DNA of 64,000 nt, taken from positions 57,166,001-57,230,000 of the forward strand of contig NC_086108.1 of NCBI RefSeq assembly GCF_963921235.1, written 5' to 3'. Positions 1 through 10,759 of this stretch are shown in pieces. The notes beneath the pieces were generated by a model that was not told where the DNA came from, made no database searches, and worked only from the letters and a program-made list of their open reading frames with translations. Every line of letters begins with the position of its first letter. Position 1 is the first letter of the stretch. The position numbers were made by a program, and so were the translations under genes. The stretch is from Mobula hypostoma. Lineage: Eukaryota.

Positions 1-1904
1 TACTTAAGAAAGAAATCAGAAGGGCTAAAAGAAGACATGAGGTTGCCTTGGCAGTCAAAGTGAAGGATAATCCAAAGAGCTTTTACAAGTATATTAAGAG
101 CAAAAGGATTGTAAGGGATAAAATTGGTCCTCTTGAAGATCAGAGTGGTCGGCTTTGTGTGGAACCAAAGGAAATGGGGGAGATCTTAAATAGGTTTTTT
201 GCGTCTGTATTTACTAAGGAAGCTGGCATGAAATCTATGGAATTGAGGGAATCAAGTAGTGAGACCATGGAAACTGTACAGATTGAAAAGGAGGAGGTGC
301 TTGCTGTCTTGAGGAAAATTAAAGTGGATAAATCCCCGGGACCTGACAGAGTGTTCCCTCGGACCTTGAAGGAGACTAGTGTTGAAACTGCGGGGGCCCT
401 GGCAGAAATATTTAAAATGTCGCTGTCTACGGGTGAAGTGCCGGAGGATTGGAGAGTGGCTCATGTTGTTCCGTTGTTTAAAAAAGGATCGAAAAGTAAT
501 CTGGGAAATTATAGGCCGGTGAGTTTAACGTCAGTAGTAGGTAAGTTATTGGAGGGAGTACTAAGAGACAGAATCTACAAGCATTTGGATAGACAGGGGC
601 TTATTAGGGAGAGTCAACATGGCTTTGTGCATGGTAGGTCATGTTTGACCAATCTGTTGGAGTTTTTCGAGGAGGTTACCAGGAAAGTGGATGAAGGGAA
701 GGCAGTGGATATTGTCTACATGGACTTCAGTAAGGCCTTTGACAAGGTCCCGCATGGGAGGTTAGTTAGGAAAATTCAGTCGCTAGGTATACATGGAGAG
801 GTGGTAAATTGGATTAGACATTGGCTCGATGGAAGAAGCCAGAGAGTGGTGGTAGAGAATTGCTTCTCTGAGTGGAGGCCTGTGACTAGTGGTGTGCCAC
901 AGGGATCAGTGGTGGGTCCATTGTTACTTGTCATCTATATCAATGATCTGGATGATAATGTGGTAAATTGGATCAGCAAGTTTGCTGATGATACAAAGAT
1001 TGGAGGTGTAGTAGACAGTGAGGAAAGTTTTCAGAGCCTGCAGAGGGACTTGGACCAGCTGGAAAAATGGGCTGAAAAATGGCAGATGGAGTTTAATACT
1101 GATAAGTGTGAGGTATTGCACGTTGGAAGGACAAACCAACGTAGAACATACAGGGTTAATGATAAGGCACTGAGGAGTGCAGTGGAACAGAGGGATCTGG
1201 GAATACAGATACAAAATTCCCTAAAAGTGTCGTCACAAGTAGATAGGGTCGTAAAGAGAGCTTTTGGTACATTGGCCTTTATTAATCGAAGTATTGAGTA
1301 TAAGAGCTGGAATGTTATGATGAGGTTGTATAAGGCATTGGTGAGGCCAAATCTGGAGTATTGTGTTCAGTTTTGGTCACCAAATTACAGGAAGGATATA
1401 AATAAGGTTGAAAGAGTGCAGAGAAGGTTTACAAGGATGTTGCCGGGACTTGAGAAACTCAGTTACAGAGAAAGGTTGAATAGGTTAGGACTTTATTCCC
1501 TGGAGCATAGAAAAATGAGGGGAGATTTGATAGCGGTATATAAAATTATGGTGGGTATAGATAGAGTGAATGCAAGCAGGCTTTTTCCACTGAGGCAAGG
1601 GGAGAAAAAAACCAGAGGACATGGGTTAAGGGTGAGGGGGGAAAAGTTTAAAGGGAACATTAGGGTGGGCTTCTTCACACAGAGAGTGGTGGGAGTATGG
1701 AATGAGCTGCCAGACGAGGTGGTAAATGCGGGTTCTTTTTTAACATTTAAGAATAAATTGGACAGATATATGGATGGGAGTTGTATGGAGGGATATGGTC
1801 CATGTGCAGGTCAGTGGGACTAGGCAGAAAATGGTTCGGCACAGCCAAGAAGGGCCAAAGGGCCTGTTTCTGTGCTGTAGTTTCTATGGTTCTATGGTTC
1901 TATG
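1..1904 (+). mobile_element. CR1 (HER1-like) LINE, young copy, runs off the left edge of the window
   Basis: Uninterrupted RT ORF (SPGPD, NYRPVSLTS, DFSKAFDKV, GVPQGS, KFADDTK, LVRPNLEYCVQFWSP), short 3' UTR and (TTCTATGG)n octamer tail at 1882-1904. Confidence 0.95.
3..1823 (+). CDS. CR1 ORF2 reverse transcriptase, 5'-partial (frame is open from the window start)
   Basis: ORF track 48..1823 (591 aa); same frame reads LKKEIRRAKRRHE from position 3 without a stop. Confidence 0.9.
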   Translation, partial: LKKEIRRAKRRHEVALAVKVKDNPKSFYKYIKSKRIVRDKIGPLEDQSGRLCVEPKEMGEILNRFFASVFTKEAGMKSMELRESSSETMETVQIEKEEVLAVLRKIKVDKSPGPDRVFPRTLKETSVETAGALAEIFKMSLSTGEVPEDWRVAHVVPLFKKGSKSNLGNYRPVSLTSVVGKLLEGVLRDRIYKHLDRQGLIRESQHGFVHGRSCLTNLLEFFEEVTRKVDEGKAVDIVYMDFSKAFDKVPHGRLVRKIQSLGIHGEVVNWIRHWLDGRSQRVVVENCFSEWRPVTSGVPQGSVVGPLLLVIYINDLDDNVVNWISKFADDTKIGGVVDSEESFQSLQRDLDQLEKWAEKWQMEFNTDKCEVLHVGRTNQRRTYRVNDKALRSAVEQRDLGIQIQNSLKVSSQVDRVVKRAFGTLAFINRSIEYKSWNVMMRLYKALVRPNLEYCVQFWSPNYRKDINKVERVQRRFTRMLPGLEKLSYRERLNRLGLYSLEHRKMRGDLIAVYKIMVGIDRVNASRLFPLRQGEKKTRGHGLRVRGEKFKGNIRVGFFTQRVVGVWNELPDEVVNAGSFLTFKNKLDRYMDGSCMEGYGPCAGQWD

Positions 1905-1914
1905 AATACGTCCA

Positions 1915-2410
1915 ATATGAAAGTGAGACCAAGAGTAGGCTGCGTCAGTCAAATCTGCCCATCCATTCAATATGATGGTAGCTGATCCTTGGCCCTCAAT
2001 TTTCTGATCTTTCAAAAATCTATCTACTTCTACTTTAAATACCTCCAGTGAACTAACTTCCACAGTATTAGGAAGGGTATGTGACATCTGCGTCGCATCT
2101 GGAGTTTCTCCCGTTAGCGGACGATTTTCCTCCACACCTCTCTAAGGTAGTGGGGTACTGCATACGAGGCAAGTTACAGCACTGGTTTGCCATTGCCTTC
2201 TGCCGGGTGAGTTTCCAAAGAGATCACCAGCACGGATAGAATGTGTGCAGGGGAACCGGCTGGATTTGAACTTGGGACCTTTTGTCTCGAAGTCCGGCAC
2301 TGATGCCACTGCGCCACCAGCTGGGTCTTTCCACAGTATTAAGGCAGAGAATTCCAGAATTTACCACTATTTGTGAGAAGAAATTCCCATGCGCTCCAGT
2401 TTTAAATGAC
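1915..2410 (-). mobile_element. Old CR1 3' fragment, split by a SINE
   Basis: Minus-strand peptides VEVSSLEVFKVEVDRFL and NFFSQIVVN; sequence resumes on the far side of the SINE TSD. Confidence 0.7.
2071..2328 (-). mobile_element. tRNA-derived SINE with RTE/Sauria-SINE-like segment and 13-bp TSD
   Basis: Minus strand A box TGGCGCAGTGG and B box GTTCAAATCC; internal GGCAGAAGGCAATGGCAAACC; TSD TTCCACAGTATTA at 2058-2070 and 2329-2341. Confidence 0.85.
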
Positions 2411-2499
2411 CACATTTTATTTTGTTACTCTGCCCTCTTATTTCAGACCTTAGTGAAAATCACATACCCTTGTCAATTAATGAGGCCTCATATTGGGAG

Positions 2500-3070
2500 T
2501 GACCAGCGGTCAGCTAAGCAAGCCGCAGGAACACTGTGGCTACTTCAGATAAGTAACTTAGTATCCGATGCTGGGTGACTCATCCCTTGGCAGTAAAAAC
2601 TCTTTCCACCATCTATAGGGCACAAGTCAGGAGCCTGGTGGAATGTCCTCCTTTTGTCCGATGAGTGAGTAACAATAACTCAAAAGAAGCTTGGAACCAT
2701 CCAGAGCAGCCGATCAACCACTCTGAGAATCACCCTCCTCCCAGTGGTGCCTGGTGGCTGCATGGTGTATCATCTATTACATACACAGTTGTTACTTGCT
2801 TAGGCTACTCCAATAGCACCTCCCAAACCCATGTCCATGGCCACCAAAAACAGCAAAGGCAGTAGATGCCTGGGAACACCACCCACTGCATCTTCTTCTC
2901 CAAGTTGCAAACATCTTCACCCAACTATATCACTGATCCTTCAGTGTAATTGGGTGTAATACATGGAACCCAACCCGACAGCATTTGGACTGCAGGAAGT
3001 TTAAGAAGTGGCTCACTACCACCATCTCAAGGACATTTAGGATTATCCAATAAATACTGCCCCTATCAGC
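2500..3070 (+). mobile_element. Degraded old non-LTR retrotransposon 3' end
   Basis: Reads STIYRAQVRSLVEC (RT C-terminal motif); ends with AATAAA near 3048; related to the fragment at 9610-10985. Confidence 0.6.
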
Positions 3071-4029
3071 AATGGTCAGACTCCAAAAGAGAATTATTTT
3101 TTTAATGATCATTATCTGAAGAGAACTGTCAAAAATGGAATATCTGCCAAATTTTTTTTACAAATCAACAAACATCTGACACATTGTCCAGTGCTTTACA
3201 TCTTCATATCTTGCTTAACAACGAGCTCTGCCAATCCTGATTCCAATTAACATTCAGACACTCCACCCCATCTATACACAGCACCACTACTGTAACACTC
3301 ACACACACCACAGCAGACAGGTCAGCAAGCATGTTGCAACTCGCTGATTAATACTCTTCCCCTTTTCTTTCATGGGGGAATTATCACACAGCCTCTGCAA
3401 GCAGTGACGGGCAGGCAGTGATACATTGAACACATGCTTGGTGATCGGAATATGATGCTGCTGTTTATCATTGGGGTAGTAGCCACACAGAAAGTGGATA
3501 ATAGGTGCACTTAAGTTATTGGAAATGACATTATGTTCCTATTTCACCTCCCCTCATGCTACAACTCTTCAGATTTTCAAGATGCAGATGGTATAAGAAC
3601 ACTTTCCTTTTCTTCAGCTTGAGTTCTGGGCTTTTCTCTTTTTTCAGGCTGATGGTATTTATAATCTGCCAGTACTGTGCCACTTCTGGCCTTGCCATTT
3701 TCGATCATCCGGGCTTTTGCTCAGGCTGAAGCTGCCAAATCACCTCAGTGCAAAACAGCTTAAAGTCACATTTCACAGCTGAAGGAGAGCATTCTCCCCC
3801 TAGTGTGGTGAGAGCTGTTGAGGGAGGATTGCCCAAAATCTACAGAACAGGCAAGCACAAATGGAAAACAGACACCACATGCCTGCACTAAGTTGATTAA
3901 TTGTTCCTTGATTGATTTTAACCTGATTGGATGTAATGACACGATATGGAATGATAATTGGTAAGATTCTTCTATTCACGGTGTGTGCTTAAGTGAATGT
4001 TAAGTATGTTAAGAATAATTGGAAACACC

Positions 4030-4530
4030 AATGCCCTTGAATGGAATATCCTACAAAAAGTAGTGGATACAGCCCAGTGCATCATGCATTAAGCCATCGC
4101 CTCCACTGAGCACATCTACATGGAGCACTGTTGCAGGAAAGCAGCATCCATCATCAGGGATCCCCACTACCCAGGCCGAGCTCTCTTCTTGCTGCTGCCA
4201 TCAAGAAGAAAGTACAAGGGTAACTTCACTCAGCTTCACTCGACCCATCACTAATCTGTTCCCACAGCCTGCGGGCTCACTTTCAAGGACTCTTCACTTC
4301 ACATTCTTGATATTTTACATATTTATTATTTTTCCTCTCACTCTTTTGAATTTGCTCAGTGAGTTGTCTTTTGCACATTGGTTGTTTGTCTGCCCTGTAG
4401 GGTGTGGTCTTTCATTGATTGTATTGTGTTTACTTAGACTTACTGTGTATGCCTGCAACAAAACAAATCTCAGGGGTGTATATGGTGATATATATGTACT
4501 TAGATACTAAATTTACTTTGAATTTTGAAT
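4030..4530 (+). mobile_element. Rex1/Babar-like LINE 3' fragment
   Basis: LQKVVDTAQCIM...AASIIRDPHYPG-like remnant followed by an AT-rich tail. Confidence 0.65.
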
Positions 4531-4640
4531 GCTGGGCTCATCTGTGATGAAAGGAAATCATGGTAAGAACTATTTTGTGACAGGATTTTGTTTCCTCTTT
4601 GTTTTATGCATTTATATGTGACAGGCAGAATGTAATTAGC

Positions 4641-6419
4641 CCTGGCCCCCACCGCTTTATTTTCACCATGGACGTCCAGTCCCTATATACTTCCATCCCC
4701 CATCAGGAAGGTCTCAAAGCTCTACGCTTCTTTTTGGATTCCAGACCTAATCAGTTCCCCTCTACCACCACTCTGCTCCGTCTAGCGGAATTAGTCCTTA
4801 CTCTTAATAATTTCTCCTTTGGCACCTCCCACTTCCTCCAAACTAAAGGTGTAGCTATGGGCACCCGTATGGGTCCTAGCTATGCCTGCCTTTTTGTTGG
4901 CTTTGTGGAACAATCTATGTTCCGTGCCTATTCTGGTATCTGTCCCCCACTTTTCCCTCACTACATCGACGACTGCATTGGCGCTGCTTCCTGCATGCAT
5001 GCAGAACTCGTTGACTTTATTAACTTTGCCTCCAACTTTCACCCTGCCCTCAAGTTTACCTGGTCCATTTCCAACATCTCCCTCCCCTTTCTAGATCTTT
5101 CTGTCTCTGTCTCTGGAGACAGCTTATCCACTGATGTCTACTATAAGCCTACTGACTCTCACAGCTATCTGGACTATTCCTCTTCTCACCCTGTCTCTTG
5201 CAAAAACGCCATCCCCTTCTCGCAATTCCTCCGTCTCCACCGTATCTGCTCTCAGGATGAGGCTTTTCATTCTAGGACGAGGGAGATGTCTTCCTTTTTT
5301 AAAGAAAGGGGCTTCCCTTCCTCCACTATCAACTCTGCTCTTAAACGCATCTCCCCCATTTCACGTACATCTGCTCTCACTCCATCCTCCCGCCACCCCA
5401 CTAGGAATAGGGTTCCTCTGGTCCTCACCTACCACCCCACCAGCCTCCGGGTCCAACATATTATTCTCCGTAACTTCCGCCACCTCCAACGGGATCCCAC
5501 CACTAAGCACATCTTTCCCTCCCCCCCCCTCTGCATTCCGCAGGGATCGCTCCCTACGCAACTCCCTTGTCCATTCGTCCCCCCCATCCCTCCCCACTGA
5601 TCTCCCTCCTGGCACTTATCCGTGTAAGCGGAACAAGTGCTACACATGCCCTTACACTTCCTCCCTTACCACCATTCACGGCCCCAAACAGTCCTTCCAG
5701 GTGAGGCAACACTTCACCTGTGAGTCGACTGGGGTGATATACTGCGTCTGGTGCTCCCGATGTGGCCTTTTATATATTGGCGAGACCCGACACAGACTGG
5801 GAGACCGCCTTGCTGAACATCTACGCTCTGTCCGTCAGAGAAAGCAGGATCTCCCAGTGGCCACACATTTTAATTCCACATCCCATTCCCATTCTGACAT
5901 GTCTATCCACGGCCTCCTCTACTGTAAAGATGAAGCCACACTCGGGTTGAAGGAACAACACCTTATATTCCGTCTGGGTAGCCTCCAACCTGATGGCATG
6001 AACATCGACTTCTCTATTTCCGCTAATGCCCCACCTCCCCCTCGTACCCCATCCGTTACTTATTTTTATACACACATTCTTTCTCTCACTCTCCTTTTTC
6101 TCCCTCTGTCCCTCTGAATATACCCCTTGCCCATCCTCTGGGTTCCCACCCCCCTTGTCTTTCTTCCCAGACCTCCTGTCCCATGATCCTCTCGTATCCC
6201 TTTTGCCTATCACCTGTCCAGCTCTTGGCTCTATCCCTCCCCCTCCTGTCTTCTCCTATCATTTTGGATCTCCCCCTTCCCCTCCAACTTTCAAATCCCT
6301 TACTCACTCTTCCATCAGTTAGTCCTGACGAAGGGTCTCGGCCTGAAACCTCGACTGCACCTCTTCCTAGAGACGCTGCCTGGCCTGCTGCGTTCACCAA
6401 CAACTTTTTTGTGTGTTGC
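4641..6419 (+). mobile_element. Penelope-like element (RT + GIY-YIG endonuclease), 5'-truncated, one frameshift in the C-run near 5520
   Basis: TMDVQSLYTSIP, QTKGVAMGTRMGPSYACLF, YIDD (ORF 4599..5600); VIYCVWCSRCGLLYIGETRHRLGDRLAEH (ORF 5134..6117); 10-bp TSD TGTAATTAGC at 4631-4640 and 6420-6429. Confidence 0.95.
6321..6356 (+). ncRNA. Minimal type I hammerhead ribozyme motif in the Penelope pLTR
   Basis: AGTC-CTGACGA-AGG(GTCTCGG)CCT-GAAA-CC-TC-GACT: core boxes, helix II AGG/CCT, helix I AGTC/GACT; helix III palindrome ACGT is mutated to ACCT in this copy. Confidence 0.8.
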
Positions 6420-7154
6420 TGTAATTAGCATTATTAATTTCTGAAACATTGTGGATAAAAACTATTGATATTTGATTAGGTGGCAGAATACTTCTTAAAA
6501 GCAGTTTTGCAGAATCTGGTACCGCTTCCAATGTTTTTTTTAAATATAAAGCAAAGAAATGGAATCATTACAAAAACCCAACACAGATTTATATTGGCTA
6601 GACATTTACAAGGTTGAATGGACAAATGGATATTACAAGTATGCCAAGTTATGTAGGCAATGGAGTGAAATGTCACAAAGTTAATATATGCATCAAATAT
6701 TAAGTTATGGGGAGAATATGAAGAAATTAGAATTCTTCAGCCTTGAAAAGGGAAAAGATGGGACCTCATGGAAATATACATGATATTAAAATGGCCTAAA
6801 AATAAGACAACACTAATTCAAAGAGTGTCATGATCCTGGAATAATTGGTTAAGACTTATGAGGGGAAAGATTAGGACAAACGTCAAAAATTCTGCCAGTT
6901 GGAATTATTTTCTTGACAGATAAGTGGAAGAAAACAAACATTCATAGTCAGTAGGGATTCTACCCCCCCCCCACCCATGTAGATATGTTAGAAGGTGTCA
7001 AACACCCTGTCATCTAGTTCCAACTTGTCGTGTTTCCTTCATTTGAATAGCCTGTCATAAGAACAAATATAGGGTCAATAAGATCATAGTTGATCTGGCT
7101 GTGGTATCAGCTCCATTTACCTGCCTTTTCTCCTTAACCATTAATTCCACATTA

Positions 7155-7420
7155 GTTTAGGTTAACGCGATGCTATCACAGTTTGGAGAGGTGGAGTTTG
7201 GAGATCAATTCCGACACCGTCCTTTTGTATGTCTGAAGTTTGTGCGTCCTTCCCGGGAGCACGTGGGTTTCCTCCTGGTGCCCCCGTTTCCTCCCACAGT
7301 TCAAAGACATGCTGGATTAGTAGGTCATGGTAAATTGTTATGTGACTAGGCTGTGGCTGAATAGGGCTGGGCCTGTTCAGCGACCTAGCTCTATATCAAT
7401 AAAACACAAATAAAAACATT
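7155..7420 (+). mobile_element. V-SINE / HE1-like SINE
   Basis: V-domain-like GGGTTTCCTCCTGGTGCCCCCGTTTCCTCCCACAGTTCAAAGAC and CR1-like 3' end. Confidence 0.7.
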
Positions 7421-8179
7421 CCCCTGCTATGTAAAAAGACTGTCTACCGAGTCTCACCCACATAAAATGAAGAGTTGGATAAACTTAACTGGAATTTTTT
7501 TTAAAAAAAATCAGTTTTTGATGGTGAGTTTGAAAAATGGGGGTAGAATAGGGCGGTAGAAACCTGCACTGGGTTCAGATTTGGAAAATTACACGTCTAT
7601 TCACCAATTTGCCCATGATCCATCAACACTGAAGAAGAATATCACCCATGAACTCTTACTATGTATTTTACTGGTGCTATCTAGAAAAGTAAACGAAGAA
7701 ATTTATCTTTGGTTGTGAGGCAACATAAGACGAATGCTTATGTAAATATGTAAGCACGATATGTTAGTCAGAAAGTGATTAATTCCAGTATGAAAAACAT
7801 GAATGGCAAATTTCCTGGCATTGCTGACGAATGTGATATGTAAACAATTCCTATCCGATAGATAACAGGAGAAACGTCATCAAACTGCCCGAAATAACAA
7901 ACAACTGTCTGAATATAATGACAAACATGTTTGTGATGAAACCTTTCCAAAAAGTAAAAATGAAAGAGTAAAATTCACAATGTAATCTATAAGATATTTT
8001 GTTACAGAAATTGTATTTGCTACTGTGGTTTTTAACTGCCTTATTTAAAAAAATGAAGTTGCATGTCAAGGGTCTACTTGTAAGTTGTAAACAATCGCTC
8101 TGGTAATAAACTACACTACTTGCTGCTGGTGAAGTAATCAAAATTGAAACGGAAATATTGCAGAAAATCATATTACATT

Positions 8180-8760
8180 TCTCTGTCAAGTTTTAACGTT
8201 CCGGTCGCTGAACCTGAGCGCCCGTGGATTATGAAAATTGAGTATGAGTGTTGTTCTAATACTGTACTGATTTGGGTATAGTGGTCCTCCGAATGTACAG
8301 CACGGGGAAAAATGAATGATTTGCCGGGAGATATTAACATACTTGCAGTGACTGCTTCTCTGACTTACAGAGCAGGTGTGTGCAATCGCAAAATCAACAT
8401 GCAGTTTCGGCAGGATCGCCAATAGCAAATGTTAAGGCGGTTTAATCGTTCCTTCCTCAAACTTTCATAGTCAGGCAGATGGTGCCAGTGCGGATTGTAA
8501 ACCAGGTCCCCGCGAACCCCGTCTCAAACCTCGAATTCACCAAATCACAATTCATAAACGAAGTGCTCAGAGACTCCTGGGAATATGGGAATAAGAAATA
8601 GGCAGGACCCTACTTACCACCTCTTGGTGTAACGTGGTTTTTACAATAGGTAAGAACCATTCTAAAATCAATCAGCATTTAAGCAACGGGATTGTGTGAG
8701 GTAAGTATGCCTTGCGAATAATCCGAGGAAACTCCCCCAAAACAGCTAAGTGTGTGGGTA
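8180..8760. promoter_or_regulatory. CpG-retaining putative promoter / first non-coding exon region (candidate gng12 5' end)
   Basis: Locally many CpGs in TE-free sequence; minus-strand donor GTG|GTAAGT (GT at 8617-8616); plus-strand donors at 8650 and 8701; identity inferred only from wls synteny. Confidence 0.4.
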
Positions 8761-9669
8761 CCTGAACCTACTTCCCTAATCGTTGATTAATATGTTGACA
8801 AAGTTCTACAAAAAAAAAACAATTGAGTACTTCCTGTGGGATTCGAAATTCATGAAAGGTTTTGGAGATTTTGCTCAACATTTAAACCAGCCCTGACCTA
8901 TTTACAATAACCATCTGACCTAGAACAAACTATATTGGTATAACTCTTTATAGGCAATATGACAAATGTTAAACCTTACGTAAAAATAATAGAATCAATA
9001 CTTGCCGAAGTATGTTTTTCTAAATACAAAGCAATCTCCTATTGATTTAGATAGCATCATAACAAAACAGCAGTAACTCCAGACACCAGTGACTCCAGTA
9101 GCTCCAGACTTTGGGAACAATTCTAATAAAACTTACCAGGAATTAGAAATAAACGGGTCGTCTGTATTTTAAAAATCTTGAAGCCTGCAATTTGCTGGAG
9201 AGAAGTCTTTTATATATTAACAGCGTGAAGCCTGAAAGCTCTGGAGATATGTACTACTTAGTGTGGGCAGTGGAACGATCAGCATGTCCCCTCCTGATTA
9301 AATCACAAAGCAGGAAAACTTCTTCAAAATAAGAGTCACATTTCGTCCAAAGTACGTTCACATTGTTACCAAAACAGAGTCTGCAACCCACTCGCCTGTG
9401 GTTTTACTTCCTGCTGGGTAAATGAGCTTCAATTCCTCACAGTATGAATCAGAACAAACAATGCCAATAAACTCTCTTGTTGTAAATTAAAGGAGTATTA
9501 ATATTGAATAAAGCCAATAATAAATAGTGCACCTTTCCTTTATTGCATTGCTTTGTGATCTGTACTTATTTCCCAGTAGTACTGTGTAGGTCACGCTAAT
9601 GCAGAAACAACTCCATGTGTTCTTTGACATTCAATGGTGTGACTGTGGCTAGCTCCCCAATACCAACAT

Positions 9670-10309
9670 GCTCGAAAACATAGCGAAATAGTGGAAGGTA
9701 AGAGAGGTGCGCGAAAACACGGTGATGTAGCAGAATGTCTGAGAGGTGCACGAAAACACTGCGATACAGGAGAAGGTATGAGAGGTGAGCGAAAACACAC
9801 CTATATAGGGGAAGTTATGAAAGGTGCGCGAAAACATGGCGATATAGGGGAAGGTATGCGAGGTGAGCGAAAACACAGCGATATAGGGGAAGATATGGGA
9901 GGTGTGCGAAAACACCGAAATACAGGGGAAGGTATGAGAGGTGCACGAAAACACAGCCATATTGGGGAAGGTATAGGAGGTGCGCGAAAACGCAGCGATA
10001 AGGGGAAGCTATGGGTGGTGCATGAAAACACAGCGATATAGTGGAAGATATGAGAGCTGCGTGAAAACACAGCGATATATGGGAAGCTATGCTAGGTGCA
10101 CGAAAACACGGCGATATAGTGAAGCTATGAGTGGTGCGCGAAAACAGTAATTTGAAGGAAGCTATGAGAGGTGCGCGAAAGCATCCCAATGTATGGGAAG
10201 ATATGATAGGTGCGCGAAAACATGGCAATTTATGGGAAGGTGTGAGAGGGAAGTGAAAACACAGCGATATAGGGGAAACTATGGTCGTTGCACGAAAACA
10301 CAGCAATAT
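9670..10309 (+). repeat. 39-bp tandem repeat, ~17 diverged copies
   Basis: Consensus GGTGCGCGAAAACACAGCGATATAGGGGAAGGTATGAGA, counted by eye. Confidence 0.95.
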
Positions 10310-10759
10310 GAAGAAAGACTGGATGAACTGGGCTTGTACTCGTTGGAATTTAGAAGATTGAGGGGGGATCTGATTGAAACGTATAAGATCCTAAAGGGAT
10401 TGGACAGGCTAGATGCAGGAAGATTGTTCCCGATGTTGGGGAAGTCCAGAACGAGGGGTCACAGTTTGAGGATAGAGGGGAAGCCTTTTAGGACCGAGAT
10501 TAGGAAAAACTTCTTCACACAGAGAGTGGTGAATCTGTGGAATTCTCTGCCACAGGAAACTGTTGAGGCCACTTCATTGGCTATGTTTAAGAGGGAGTTA
10601 GATATGGCCCTTGAGGCTACAGGGGTCAGGGGGTATGGAGGGAAGGCTGGTGCGGGGTTCTGAGTTGGATGATCAGCCATGATCATAATAAATGGCGGTG
10701 CAGGCTCGAAGGGCCGAATGGCCTACTCCTGCACCTATTTTCTATGTTTCTATGTTTCT
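10306..10759 (+). mobile_element. CR1 3' fragment fused to the 39-bp array
   Basis: YEERLDELGLYSLEFRRLRGDLIETYK...FFTQRVVNLWNSLP; (TTTCTATG)n tail. Confidence 0.93.

Noticed and set aside
2260..2325. tRNA gene
   Set aside because: A/B boxes are the head of a TSD-flanked SINE; no complete cloverleaf or T-run terminator
9670..10309. CRISPR-like array or repeat-protein gene (ORFs 9649..10306)
   Set aside because: Units are head-to-tail with no unique spacers, no cas genes, eukaryotic context; ORFs arise because 39 bp is 13 codons
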